A stretch of DNA of 64,000 bases from Camelus ferus (GCF_009834535.1 NC_045697.1:84508001-84572000); one strand, 5' to 3'; counted from the stretch's first letter, positions 11,460-24,308 are shown. Notes: generated by a model from the sequence alone, not told the origin. Numbers and translations are program-made.

Positions 11460-14400
11460 CCATTAAATTGGATAAACAGTTCCTTAAGACTTTGAGGAAA
11501 ATATTAAATGTACCTCTAAAATATAAAGATTTTAGTATGACTTTTAGCATGTTGTTGGAAGTAGAATATCAATAAATGGCCATGACTAAACAATTTATTG
11601 CTAGTTACTAAACCTCTTCCTTTTATTACTTTAAAATTTATATTCCTCTATTGTTTCCTCTTTGGCATCCTTTCCCCTCAACTTAGTTTCTCTGCCAGTT
11701 TATTTCACCAAAACTAATATGCTTATGAAAGCTCTTTGTCAACTAGGCTGTTTACAATATATAACTAAAATGATTTTTTCCCCCTTCAAAACCATTGTTT
11801 AAGTGGAAGGAACATTATAGGGACATTGTCCAGAGCCTTGTGCCAGAGTTTTGGAAATTTTTGAAAAATAACCTCTGAATAATCCCACCCTACCTAGAAA
11901 TGTTAATAATTTAGGGAAAAGAGATTTAGTTGTTTAATCTGCCAGAATTAAAAGTTACAAGTAAAAGTATCTTAATTTTATTTATTCCTTTCAGCAGCAC
12001 AGGCCTGGGACTCAGAAGGTCTATGTTGACTAAATTCATTGCCTCCTGAGTTTTTTTTTTCAATTGGCAGTTGGTGAGGAGTGCTTTCACAATTAATATA
12101 TTCTAACACGGTCCTTGGGTGTGATTTTTTTTTAATAGGTGTAGCCAAGAAATAGATTTACCAGAGAATACATAATAATACAAATAATTCTTAAATCTTC
12201 CTTTTTTTTTTTTTTTCAAAGTGCTTGCTATTTTTAACTTGCCAAGTCTTCTCTCATCTACTTTTGTTTGCTCTAACACAGAAGAGGCAAAATGGTGATA
12301 ATCTAGAATAATGGAGAGGAAAGGTAGTCCTAAAAATATTATTGGATCAGAGAAAATGTAGAAAAATTGCACTTCTTTAGAAGGTCTTCAAAAGGTGCTC
12401 AGATATGTAAAACAAGTTGAGTGCACTGAATTTTTTAATTTTATTTTGTAAAGCACTGGGAACTCTCCCTTCCCCAAGGAACTTAATACTGGCACAAAGA
12501 CTGCCTTTAAACAAGCATGAGTGATAATTTTCCTTTCAACCTACAAGGAAATTATTATCCATGTTCTTAATCCTTCTGTGTTGACTCTTTGTCAGCTGGA
12601 AATATTGGCAGCTCTCATTAGTGAATGGGTGTTAAAATAGCACATTTGTTAAAAAGAAAAAACAAGCAGATATGCATTTTACAGAGGTCAGCCTGTCACA
12701 TAACACACTGTTGGGAAATTTCCATTCACTTACGTTTTTGTTTCTAAGTATATTGAGATTACTCTGATTCTTCAGGGAACTGTTTTTCAAATTACTCTAT
12801 TAAACAAAATAAAGCCCCTCCCTATCTGTAGCTACTTTGGTAAGAAAAGAAGAAAAACAAAACTTTAATTTCTTGGTATAACATAGACTTGTTTAAAAAG
12901 AAAGAAGTTAAGGTGAGCTGGTACACTAAACTAGTGAGTACTGCCCCCACCCAGAAACCTTTCATCCTGTGTTTTCTACAAGATACAAGCTTCCTGAAGT
13001 CTTTCTTGTCCTTGAAGTCACAAGGACAAGTGTTAAATGCTCAATGAGCTTTTCTTCTTTCCTTGAATTGAGTTATCTCAGGTTCTTAAAACTGTACCAT
13101 CTCTACACTCTGACCCCTCCCCAATAAAACAACAGTAAACAAACTACCCATTTAGGGAGATTTTTAATCTGAACAGGTTATGTGATTATGTATATGATTT
13201 TGTTCCCCTTTAATTTTCTTCCAGATTTCCTTTAGTATCCCTCATTATTCTGTAAAGCCTTTTGAATTTCTGCTTCTCTCAGGAGTGTCATCAATTAGAT
13301 AGATACTTTATCAGTTGACAATGATTTGATCCTTCTTACCCATACCTGCATTATGCGACAGGATTCCTGAAGATGGAAAGGCTCCTTCCTCCCCCTACCC
13401 ACTGATAAAGTATATAAAACTAGAACTACTTGTGTCTTCCACTTCCCAACTCCCTGCTCACCATGAATGAGAGGAAAAAGACATAAAAAAGGACACTTTC
13501 ATTTCTAAGAGAGTGTTAGTTCTTGATCTAAATCTTTGCAGACTTTGAAAGAAAAAAATATTATAACTGAGAATATTCTGTTACAGAAGAGGAATATCTG
13601 TTTTCCAGGTTTATCAATAATGGAAATTAAATAGTAGAGAAGAAAGGTAGTTCTAAGAGGAATGGTAGGATCATAGAAAATGAACAAAAGAAACACAAAT
13701 AATTGCCTTCATTCTCCTCTGCATTTGCTTATTTTAAAATTCTGCACCTAGATTCATCTCTTTTGCTGTCAGGGCTATACAGTTACTTCAGATTCTCCTG
13801 AAGCCAAACCTCTAGGCAGATCAGCAGTTAAACTATATTGAAAAACCACAGAAAGTAACATGCAAAACCAATCCAAACCAAACTTACCCAAACAAATGTG
13901 AAATTTTCTTGATTTCTGCTTTTCTGAGTAACTATGCCATTACTTAAACACCATGCTGCCTCGTATCATTAACGTGTCCTTGAATCGCTCCGTGGACCTT
14001 AATCCTCAAATACGGTGTTTCCTTTAATTTAAAAGGGTTTGAATATTCCTATCCCCTTATTTTCTAACAGACTTGCTGCTGGGAGAGATTAACTGTTGCC
14101 CTAGAAACATTCAAAACATCAATTTCCCTGGAGCAATATCTCACTAATCTCAGTATTTAAATCACAATGTTTAGTTAGAGCTAGTTCAATGAGTACTTTA
14201 AGGTTGATTAAATGACCATTAAACATCCTAGAGCAACCAAAGTAAAAAGCTCAAAAGTAGCAGATCACCCATGTTGGAAGACACCTCCTTTTATTCAGAG
14301 AAGACCAATTTTGTCAAGACCACCTAGAAGACACACAGTTGCCATTTAGTAACGGTAACTGCAGACTTAGAATTATTCACAGTAATCCAATGCTTAACAT

Positions 14401-14852
14401 GGATATAGCATATATAAATTTTTCTAATACTTCCTAAATGTGGCATTTGGTCAAAACATAGATAAACACCTGTGTATGTATGTATGTGTTTGTGTGCTCA
14501 GTGTGTAGACTATCTCCTTAATTTATTTCTCCTCTCACTTATTGAGGTCTCTTTCTTTTGTTCATTGTTTACCAGCTCTCCTGGGAGAGGTTTGGCAATT
14601 AAGTTTGTCTCCTGAGGAATGTAGAGAGAACAGATAATGGATTTGGGAGATATCTCCAAACTGTTTGATTCCACTAGGACAGAAATGAGATTGGGTACTT
14701 GTATTACAATTCGGATCAGGGGTTAGATAATCTGATGAGAAGTGATACAAAAGATGCAGTTTCAAAACATGCCTACAGATTATCCCATTTGCTCTTAGAG
14801 TTCCTAGGGGAGGGAAAACCAAAACGAAAATAATATAAGAGAAACAATATCT

Positions 14853-15096
14853 TTGGAAGTTTGAGATTTGCAAATGTTAGCTACTATATATAAAAGTAGA
14901 TTAAAAAAACAAGTTTCTTCTGTATATCACAGGGAACTATATTCAATATCTTGTAATAACCTTTAATGAAAAAGAATATGAAAATGAATATATGTATGTA
15001 TATGCATGACTGGGACATTGTGCTGTATGCCATAAATTTATGCATTGTAACTGACTTTACTTCAATTAGAATAATTAATTAATTAATTTAAAAAAA
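14853..15096 (+). mobile_element. 5'-truncated L1 3'UTR fragment
   Basis: Closely parallels 11230-11450 (agggaactatattcaatatc...ctgactttacttcaatt), with a (TAAT)n/A tail. Confidence 0.9.
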
Positions 15097-15362
15097 TCAA
15101 CACAGCAACAAAAACCAAAAACTAGATTCGTAAACTAGGAGTCAGAGATTTTGGAGGATGACAGTAAAATTCACTTGAGTTGCCAAGGGAAATGCCTTTT
15201 CATCAGCTTTAAACTGACTTTCCACTAGCTGTTAGAAAGAACATTGATAAGCACTTCCAGTCCCTACTTCCAGTCTACCTTGGTGAAATATACTACCCTT
15301 CTAGGAAGATTTTGGGAAATACAGTATTACTGTATTCCCATTTTGTAGTAGAGAATAACCTT

Positions 15363-15655
15363 TGTTATGTTGGAGGTTTACAGGGACACCATGACCTGGC
15401 CCACGGGGATGGCTGCAAGAAGAAAGAATGCCTGCAGCTAGAAAATTACAACAATCAACCATACCCCCTCCCTTATTTTTTGTATAAAAGGAGCCTATAT
15501 TCTGACTAGAGCAGGATGGTTCTCCAAGACATTAGTGTGCTATCCTCTCTGTTGCCGGCTTTCTGAATAATGTCTTTATTCCTTGCCCCAACACCTAGTC
15601 TCCCAATTTATTGGCCTGTCGTGTGGCGAGCAGAACGAGTTTGGACTCGGCAACA
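15363..15655 (+). mobile_element. Short ERV1-class solo LTR, MER41-like artiodactyl family
   Basis: TG...CA termini; TATA box tataaaag at 15483-15490; U5-like ttggcctgtcgtgtggcgagcagaacgagtttggactcggcaaca; retains several CpGs. Confidence 0.7.
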
Positions 15656-16279
15656 ATTTCATGTGTGAAACTGAGGCATAAAGGCTTTCTCTGGGCTTGT
15701 ACTGCTCCCTGAGGCAAGAAATGAGTTACAGAAGTACAATTCTAGGAAGTCTAGTTTCAGAAATGCATAATGCTTAGTAATTCTCAGCCTATTTGCAGTG
15801 ATTCAGATATATTAGTATTATACAAATGTTATATAAATTCATTCAAAATTTTGGCTGTTATGAATTAAAATCCAACTTGAATGTTTGAGAGTAATTAATA
15901 GGAAGGCATTGCTTTCTATAATTGAAGTTTATATGTAAGATTAATTTTATTTACAATATGCTGTGCTTTATTTTTTCACCTGATTACTAATCATGTACAT
16001 TTAGAAATAATTATGATTTTTAATATGATAATCTTGAAAGTCCCATTTCTATGCCTAGGTAAATATTTGAATACTCTTCCTATGTTACTTAATTTTGTCT
16101 TGACTCCAGATGCTAATTGCAGTCTATTTTCCTCCAGCCAGCAGCCATCAAGATGTCTTTCCATGAGGCCTTAAACCCATGTTTTATTTAAAGTGCTGCT
16201 CTCAAAGGTGCATCCACTTAAAAACTAAAACATACCAGTAATACATAGAAGATACCAAGTCATTTATTCCATTGGCTAT

Positions 16280-16450
16280 TAAAACTGGAAGGAACTTGTA
16301 GGGTCCTCCAGTCAGGCTCCCCTTCCTCTCATTTGTAAAGATAAGCCCAGAAGGTCGGTGGGGCTTGCCAAGGCCACACAGCTAGTTAAGGCAGAGCCAG
16401 CACTGGAGCCCACGTCTCTTGGCTCACAGTGGAGACCGTTCCCGCTGTAT
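16280..16450 (-). mobile_element. MIR/MIR3 fragment
   Basis: cttgccaaggccacacagctagttaaggcagagccagcactggagcccacgtct. Confidence 0.7.
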
Positions 16451-17075
16451 TCCAAGGAGACCATATTTAGAAAAGATTAAAATGCTGAAATTTTCTCTCC
16501 ACATCTGTATTTTTCAGTAAATCAATATCTGACGTGAATTATACTCACCATTTCCAGTGTTTTTCTGAAAAGTCCTGGAGCTCTGAACATTTTGAGGTTT
16601 GCCCTTCATTAGCTACATCGAAAATAACGAAGGAACCAATTTGACCTCCTGTCCTGAACATAGTGCTCACACTCTGATGTACTGGGTTTAAGGCTGCCCT
16701 GAGCCTCTGTCTTGAGAACAGCATCCTCATCACCTTATTACAAAGTTATTGGGGATTTGGAAATCAGCTGAAACTTTTCTAAGTTTACAACAGTGCTATT
16801 TAAAGTTCACTGTTAAAAATCACAAAGGTAAAATTACTCATGTGTAGTCCGTTCTTCCTCTGGTTATTATAAATAATTTAAAAAGTATCATTATAGTAAT
16901 GTTTCAAAGGACATTTCAACTTTCAACATATCTGTCATTTATCATCCTAAAGCCTGGAAACGAATGCTTGACTCAAGAGGTATTTTGCTCTTTAACTGTA
17001 GGAAGTGCATTATCCTAAGTATGTGTACCTGTTTCAGCTCCCCTGAGGATCAGAATAATAGTAATCATATTGTTC

Positions 17076-17527
17076 TTTTTTAAAATTGAAGTATGATTGA
17101 TGTACAATATTCAATACATTTCAGATGTACAACATAGTGATTCATAATTTTAAGGTTATATTCTGTTTATAGTTATTATAAAATATTGGTTATATTCCCT
17201 GTATTGTACAGTGTATCCTTGGGTAGGTTATTTTGCACATACTAGTTTGTGCCTCTTAATTTCCTACCCTTATCTTGCCCCTCCCCCTTCCCTCTCCCCA
17301 CTGGTAGCCACCAGTTTGTTTTCTATATCTGTTAGTCTTTCTATTTTTGTTATATTCTCTAATTTAATTTTGAGATTCTGCATATATGTGATATCATACA
17401 GTATTTGTCTTTATCTGACTTACTTTACTTAGCATAATACTCTTCATATGCATCCATGTTGTTGCAGATGGCAAAATTTCATTCTTTTTGTGGCTGAGTA
17501 GTATTCCGTTGTGTTTATATACACCAC
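17076..17527 (-). mobile_element. Older L1 3' end (outer element, left part)
   Basis: T-tail followed by aaattgaagtatgattgatgtacaatat, running to ggctgagtagtattccgttgtg...acaccac. Confidence 0.9.
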
Positions 17528-18003
17528 TTTGTTTTTAACATTTTTTATTGATTTATAATCATTTTACAATGTTGTGTCAAATTCCAGTGTTCAGCACAAT
17601 TTTTCAGTCATTCATGGACATATACACACTCATTGTCACATTTTTTTCTCTGTGAGTTATCATAACATTTTGTGTATATTTCCCTGTGCTATACAGTGTA
17701 ATCTTGTTTATCTATTCTACAATTTTGAAATCCCAGTCTATCCCTTCCCACCCTCCACCCCCCTGGCAACCACAAGTCTGTATTCTCTGTCTATGAGTCT
17801 ATTTCTGTCCTGTATTTACGCTTTGTTTTTGTTTGTTTGTTTGTTTTTGTTTTTGTTTTTTAGATTCCACATATGAGTGATCTCATGGTATTTTTCTTTC
17901 TCTTGCTGGCTTACTTCACTTAGAACGACATTCTCCAGGAGCATCCATGTTGCTGCAAATGGCATCATTGTATTCTTTTTTATGGCTGAGTAGTATTCTA
18001 TTT

Positions 18004-18040
<37 letters not shown>

Positions 18041-18866
18041 ATATATATATATATACACACACACACATGTATATATACCACAACTTCTTTATCTAGTCCT
18101 CTGTCAATGGACATTTAGGTCGTTTCCATGTCTTGGCTATTGTAAATAGTGATACTATGAACATTGGGGTACATGTATCTTTTCAAATTAGAGTTCCCCC
18201 CAGACATGTCTAGGAGTGGGATTGCTGGATCAGATGGTTAGCCTATTTTTAGTTTTTTAAGGACTCTCCATACTGTTTTCTATATAGGCTGCAGCATACT
18301 ATATTCCCACCAACATGTAGAAGGATTCCCTTTTCTCCACACCCTCTCCAGCAGTTATCATTTGTTGACTTTTGAATGATGGCCATTCTGACTGGTGTGA
18401 GGTGATACCTCATTATAGTTTTGATTCACATTTCTCTGATTATTAGTAATACTGAGCATTTTTTTCATGTGCCTATTGGCCTATCATCTTCATTGGATAA
18501 TTGCTTGTTTAAGTTTTCTGACCATTTTTGGATTGAATTGTTTGTTTGTTTTTTTGTTATTAAGTTGTATGGGCTGTTTATATATTCTGGAAATTAAACC
18601 CTTGACAGTCGCATCATTTGCAGATATTTTCTCACATTCTGTACGTTGTCTTTTTGTTTTGTGTATTGTTTCCTTTGCTGTACAAAGCTTATAAGTTTAA
18701 TTAGGTTTCTTTTTTTTTTTTTTTTGCTTTTATTTCTTGCCTTGATAGACTGCCCTAGGAGAACACTGTTAAAATTAACGTTAGAGAATGTTTTGCCTGT
18801 TTTCTTCTAGGAGGTTTATAGTGTTTTGTTTTATATTTAAGTCTTTAAGCCATTTTGAGTTTATTT
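17528..18866 (-). mobile_element. Inner L1 (3'UTR plus ORF2 end), camelid-type, with a (CA)n(TA)n tract at ~18006-18080
   Basis: A new T-tail begins at 17528; minus-strand ORF 17816-18064 contains EYYSAIKKNTMMPFAATWMLLENVVLSEVSQQEKEKYH (L1 ORF2). Confidence 0.92.
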
Positions 18867-19118
18867 ATCTGTATGTTTTCTTTGGAAAAATGTCTATTTA
18901 GATCCTCTGCCCATTTTTTAATCGGGTTGTTTAAATTTTTTAAAATGTTGAATTGTATGAGCTGTTTATATATTTTGGATATTATCCCCTTATCAGTCAT
19001 ATCATTTGCAAATACTTTCTCCCGTCCAGTAGGTTGTCTTTTCATTTTGTTGATGGTTTCCTTTTCTGTGCAAAAGCTTTTAAAAGCTTTTCTGCAAAAG
19101 CTTTTAAGTTTAATTAGG
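18867..19118 (-). mobile_element. Older L1 ORF2 segment (outer element, right part)
   Basis: Minus-strand ORF 18845-19045 reads [14 protein letters not shown]...[21 protein letters not shown]; it covers the same L1 coordinates as 18482-18705, so it is a separate copy. Confidence 0.9.
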
Positions 19119-19889
19119 GTTAGGGATAGGAGAGATCTCTTTCTACTTGAATAGCTTAGATGTAATTAAGCCTTGCATGTAAGAAAATAAGTAGCCAGTA
19201 AGCAGGCATTTATGATATAATAAGAGAAACTAAAACAAGACAGACTATAAACTGGATGTGATCCTAGCTGTTGAGAAGCCAAGGAGCAGAGCTTCTCAAT
19301 CATTACACAAATGCACTATTGGTAGTGAGGTGTGAGATTCTGGGTAGAGACTAAAAGGAAGTAGTTCAAGGTGGCGTTCTGGAGATGATGAAACGGTTGT
19401 TATGTGAACAGATAGGGAAGACCTATTGTGAGTTAAAGAAGCTGTTCTCTGCACCGAGGATATTATAAAATCTCTGATACAGGAGTTGAAGGGTACACAG
19501 AGCTTTCCTAACATAAGGGGAGGTTACTGGTTAAAGTATAGAGTGTGATGAGAGTGGTTGGATGGAGTAGAAGCATGGAGTGAATAATCTTAAAGTATAT
19601 GGTTTAAGTATGGTTTGGAGGTTATTAGAAAATTACTGGAGACCTAACGAGAAGGATTTTTGTTTTCTGTGTTTCTCTCTCTCCCATACACACACACACT
19701 TCTTGGATTCTCTATCTGGAGTACCTCTTTATTCCTCCTTTTTCTGCTCCCCAACCCCCTTGCTTGACTAACCCTTGCAGAGTCTTCAGGTCTCAGTTTT
19801 CAGTCTTCTTTCAGAAAGTTGCCCCTGACCACAGGCTGAGTTAGGTCTTTTCCTATGTGTTCTAATATCCTCTGCTTACCCCTGTCAAA

Positions 19890-20427
19890 TCTATTTTCTT
19901 TGTCTATTGCTATGTAATAAATTACCACAAACATAGTAGCTTGAAACAATAAAATTTATTTTCTCAGTTTCTGTGGGTCAGGATCTAGGACCAAGATCAA
20001 GATGTTGGCTGGCTATATCCTCATTTGGAGGCTTGACTAGGGAAAGTGAAGTTTCCAAGCTCCTTCATGTTGTTGGCAGAATTTATTTCCTTACAGCTAT
20101 AGAACTGAGGTCCCTGTTTTCTTAATAGCTATTGACTGGGCCCACTCTCAGCTCAAGTCGTTACCATGTGGTCCTGTCTACACACAGCAGTTTGCTTCTT
20201 TAGGACCAGCAGGAGAATCTTTCTTCTCAGTCTTCTAAGACTCAGTCTTATGTAACATTGTGTAATCACAGGATGACTACCCATCACCTTTGACGTATGT
20301 TGTAACCTAATCAATGGAATGACTACCCTCTTATATTCATAAATCATACTTAAGGGGAAGGAATTGTACATGGTGTGTACACCACGGGTAGGGGATTGTA
20401 GGGAATCTCGAAATTCTGCCTACCAAA
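19890..20427 (-). mobile_element. MaLR solo LTR, MLT1E-family-like
   Basis: tctattgctatgtaataaattaccacaaa...ttctgtgggtcagga...tgttggcagaattt...aaattctgcctacca. Confidence 0.8.
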
Positions 20428-20939
20428 ATATCCTTTATCATATTGCGTTATAATTGCCAACTTACTGAGATTTCAGAGAGACTGTATCTTGGTGACCCTG
20501 TAGCTTCTTCTTTGCATACTGTTTGGCAGATGCTGGGCTCCCAATAGATACTTGCTCAGTTACTTAATAAGTTTTGACAAGTCATTTTGGATAGTTGAGA
20601 GCATGGAGGCCCAAAGAGGTAAGATTTTAATAAGCTGCACATTTAGTGGAATCTAGGTGAAAAGATGCTATTGAAAGGCAATAAAGAAAGAGAAACTGTG
20701 AACTAAATCCATAGTCTGCAGAATCAGTGAATGAAGATAGTATTGCTGAGGTGATGGAGAAATGGGATGCTGTGTTTTTGGAGCTGGTGATATGTGACAC
20801 TCAGTTAGCAATGTTTGGTCAATTTTATTGCATATGATGTTAAACAGGTAAGAATGAGCATTTCCCAGTAATTGTGCTGCAGTGTGGAAGGCCATCATGA
20901 TATTCATTGCTTTTAAAAAAATGAGCTTTTCCTCTGATT

Positions 20940-21427
20940 AAGGCACAAAGCTAAATACTACTAGAGAATGCATCAGGCTGAATCAAGTAAATGTAGGGAA
21001 TTTAAAGGAGATAATTGGTTTATTTAGATGATGGAGGAGCAGAGAAGCCAAAGGGGAGAGTAAAGCAAACCACAGATTAGCAACATCAGGAAACTACTAC
21101 CATCTGGGTGTACACAGGGAAAGGGTGAGCGTAGAAGTTTGGGGGCCATGGTTACAAAACTAGGATCATAGAGGAGAGTTAGCTGTCTCCAGAAACACTG
21201 GCTGACTCAAAAGGAGGAGGAATGCCCTGGCTTCCCCCTTCCTCCCATTCTTTAATCTCCACCTAGGAGATTAATTGAACCTATTAATTGAACTCAGCTG
21301 TATGCAGTTGATAAGGGAGCAGGGAAATGCGAGCAAGCAGGCATTAGCCCTCTTCTCCCAGAGTCTCCTAGTCTGGGGATGGAGATGAGAAATGGACCTG
21401 AGGGCAAACAAGCTCAGAATCAGCACT
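20940..21427 (-). mobile_element. ERVL solo LTR, LTR33-like
   Basis: gattagcaacatcaggaa...aatgccctggcttcccccttcctccc...aatggacctgagggcaaaca...cagcac resembles LTR33 subfamilies. Confidence 0.6.
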
Positions 21428-21639
21428 GGGTCATAAAGATAAATGGCAAGAATCTGTCCTCAAGGGACTTACATTCCAGTAGAGGAAACAAGACACACAC
21501 AGAGATAACCATAATACAGGAGAGATCAACATTTTTCTGGCATAAAAATTGCTGACTTTGCCAATGGCAGTCTGAGTGGCATGATTAAAAAAGAAGTAAA
21601 ACCAAACAAGTGAAAAATCAGATTTCTGGTACTCAAAAT

Positions 21640-22300
21640 GGATAGTTTGTATAAAGAATTAAATCAGATGTTGACTGGACTTGTGTTTCACTCTTTAATC
21701 AGCCAAAACCAAGAAGTAAATTTTAGAAGAAAATTTGGAATACATGTATGGCTAAGGTGAGATGATTTAAAGAAAGACAGGAAACCTAGAAACTATAAGA
21801 CAATAGAAATTGATTATGCAAAATATTGTTAAAGTGTGGCAAAACACCATAAACCATAAAGTAGGTATATGTGTGATAAATCAAGAAAGAACGTTTGTAA
21901 CACATGGCACAGAAAGAGTCAATACATATAATGTGCCTTCAAAGTAAGAAAGAAGACAACCAAATAGAAAAGTTAGCAGAAGTATTGGAAGTTCACACAG
22001 CAAAGTAAAACAATATGATTCAGTTTTTGTAAAGCAAGGCATTATAGAAAAGTCCTTCATGTGTGATTTGCGAAAATACAGATAAATTTGAAAGGTTGCA
22101 TATCTAGCTGGCTTCTTATGTTAGTTACTAGAAGGAAGGAGCAGAGGGGTATGAGCTAGAGATCAGGTAATGGGGGATAAACAGAAGAAAAATGAGTAAA
22201 TAAGAAAAATTTGAACACCACCTAATGCATAAATATGATGCCTTTTCTGTGAAATGATATAAGTATGTGGCTATGCATGTTTATGTATACTATATGTATA
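21640..22300 (+). mobile_element. Ancient L1 (L1ME-like) relic
   Basis: A-rich degenerate ORF2-end text: ttttagaagaaaat...ggcaaaacaccataaac...aagacaaccaaatagaaaag. Confidence 0.5.
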
Positions 22301-22321
22301 ATAAATACTATATAGTATATA

Positions 22322-22928
22322 CTGCTTCCACTGCCCCCACTGTAGTTCAAGCACCATCACCTCTCACCTTGATTCCAGCTGGTGTCTTCTGTTTTCCCTG
22401 TTCCACACTTGCCTTCTTACAGTCCATCCCCCAAGCAGCAGCTGGAGTGAGTCTTTGAAAAGTTAAGTCAGTTCTGATCAATACTGTCCCGAGGCTTTCC
22501 AATGAATGCACTCAGAGTAGAATCTAGGCCTGGTAGCTTTTCCAACATCATGTCATGCTACCCTCCCCATCCCTCAGGACCCTCCAGCCACACTGATCCT
22601 CGCTGTTTTCTTAGACATCCTGAATGCCATCTCACTTCACACCTTTAGTTCTTGCTGACCACTCTGCCCAGATGTCCCCATCTTCTTATTCTCACCTCCA
22701 CACCTCTGCTCAAATGTTACCACATCAGAAAGGATTTTCCTGATGACCTCCTCTAAAATAACATCTTTACTCTCTAACACTAGTACTCTTTTAAAATTTT
22801 TCTTCAGAACTCCTACTGGTACCAGACATGTGCCTAGAATTAAAAAAAAACTTGACGACATAGACTGTGAGTCATATGGCACACAGTAGGCACAAATGAT
22901 TTGCGGAATGAAGGAATGAATGCAATGA
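22322..22928 (+). mobile_element. L2 3' end
   Basis: gttcaagcaccatcacctctcacct...ctctgctcaaatgttacc...ggcacacagtaggcac, ending in a (gaat)n-like tail. Confidence 0.8.
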
Positions 22929-23289
22929 CTGGAGATGTTTGGGATAGAACAATCAGCAAAATATTGGTAATGATAGGTTTTAGGTGCTATTTGCTGCTTC
23001 TTTATACTTTTCTAATTGCTTGAATAAGTAACAATGTTTAAACATTTTTCCCTATTGACAAATCAGAATTTGGCTTACATTTTTCTAGAGAACTTCAAGA
23101 TGTTACTTTAGCTTTGTCTCTGTATTTTCTAGACATGGGCAGAAAGTTGTATATCCAGGAATCTAGCTCTTACATCACATATATGTGCCCTGCATCTTAC
23201 TGTTTACTGCAATGGTGGGAGATAATGTGTCTTGTCCATGTCAGAAAACAAATCACTAATGTTTGCTGTAGTGCTAGAGAAGGTAGACC

Positions 23290-23485
23290 GATGTTTTGAT
23301 TTACTTCAAAGTGTATTAAAAAAAATAAGATAGATTAATGGGTGAATAGAGGGATGCATAGACATGTAATAAAACAAGATGGTAATATATTATTGATAGA
23401 ATCTACATGGTAAGTATATGTCTTCACTGTAAAATTCCTTCAACTTAAAATATTTGAAAAGTTTCACAATAAAATTTTTGAAAAA
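23290..23485 (+). mobile_element. Old L1 (L1MC/MD-like) 3' terminus
   Basis: tagaatctacatggtaagtatatg...cactgtaaaattccttcaact...cacaataaaatttttgaaaaa. Confidence 0.65.
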
Positions 23486-24117
23486 GTGAATAATTTAAGC
23501 ACAATAGAATTTAAATAGTATAATACTTAAAACTAATTATTATTTTTTTGATGAGAAAGGAAAAAGGAATTTAGCTAACTTGATGAAAGCACTAATAGTG
23601 TTCTTAGATATAGTAAAATATTTTAGCCTATTTAATGTTTTAGGATTTATGGTTGTTTAAACCACATTTGTTTGATTGGAAAAAAATCCATTTTGATCAT
23701 TTGATAGTATGACTTCATCAAGCATCTTTTGTACTTTAAGCATTTATGAAAGAAGCAATTAGAGTCTGGTCTTTTTCGTTTAATTGGGGCTTTCGGAAGC
23801 TTACTGAAAAACACCCTTCTAAACATGACAAGCCATTAAGAGCTGTTGTGCTGAACTACAATTAGCTCTGTTAATAATAGCTTTTCCAGGAAAAGAATTT
23901 AATGACTGTGCAGAATCAAAAAATCTAAATAAAGTATCATTGTGTATATTACTTCAATGTTTTCTTTGTTTTTCATGTGATAAATAGGGAGAAAAATTTG
24001 TCTCAGTGTTAAATATCATTACCTTCTAAAACACTACTCTAAAAACACATTCCATTGTGCCTCACTGTTCATTACACAGAGGTTGTAGAGAGGAAGAGAC
24101 AGAATTTTAACTCATGA

Positions 24118-24308
24118 TATCTGTCTTTCTCCTCCTCCCACCTCCCTCCCTCTCATTATCTCACCCCTACCCTCCTTCTCCATCTTCTTGTAGTTCTTCA
24201 TCCTCTTCCCTCTCTTTTCTTCTTTCTCTTCCTCCCTCCTTGTCCTCCTCCTCCTTCTCCTCCCCCTCCTATCTGTTTCTTTCTCTGTACCTTCCCTCCC
24301 TTTTGCCT
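24118..24308. repeat. Pyrimidine-rich (C/T) low-complexity tract
   Basis: About 190 bp, almost entirely C/T on the + strand. Confidence 0.9.
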
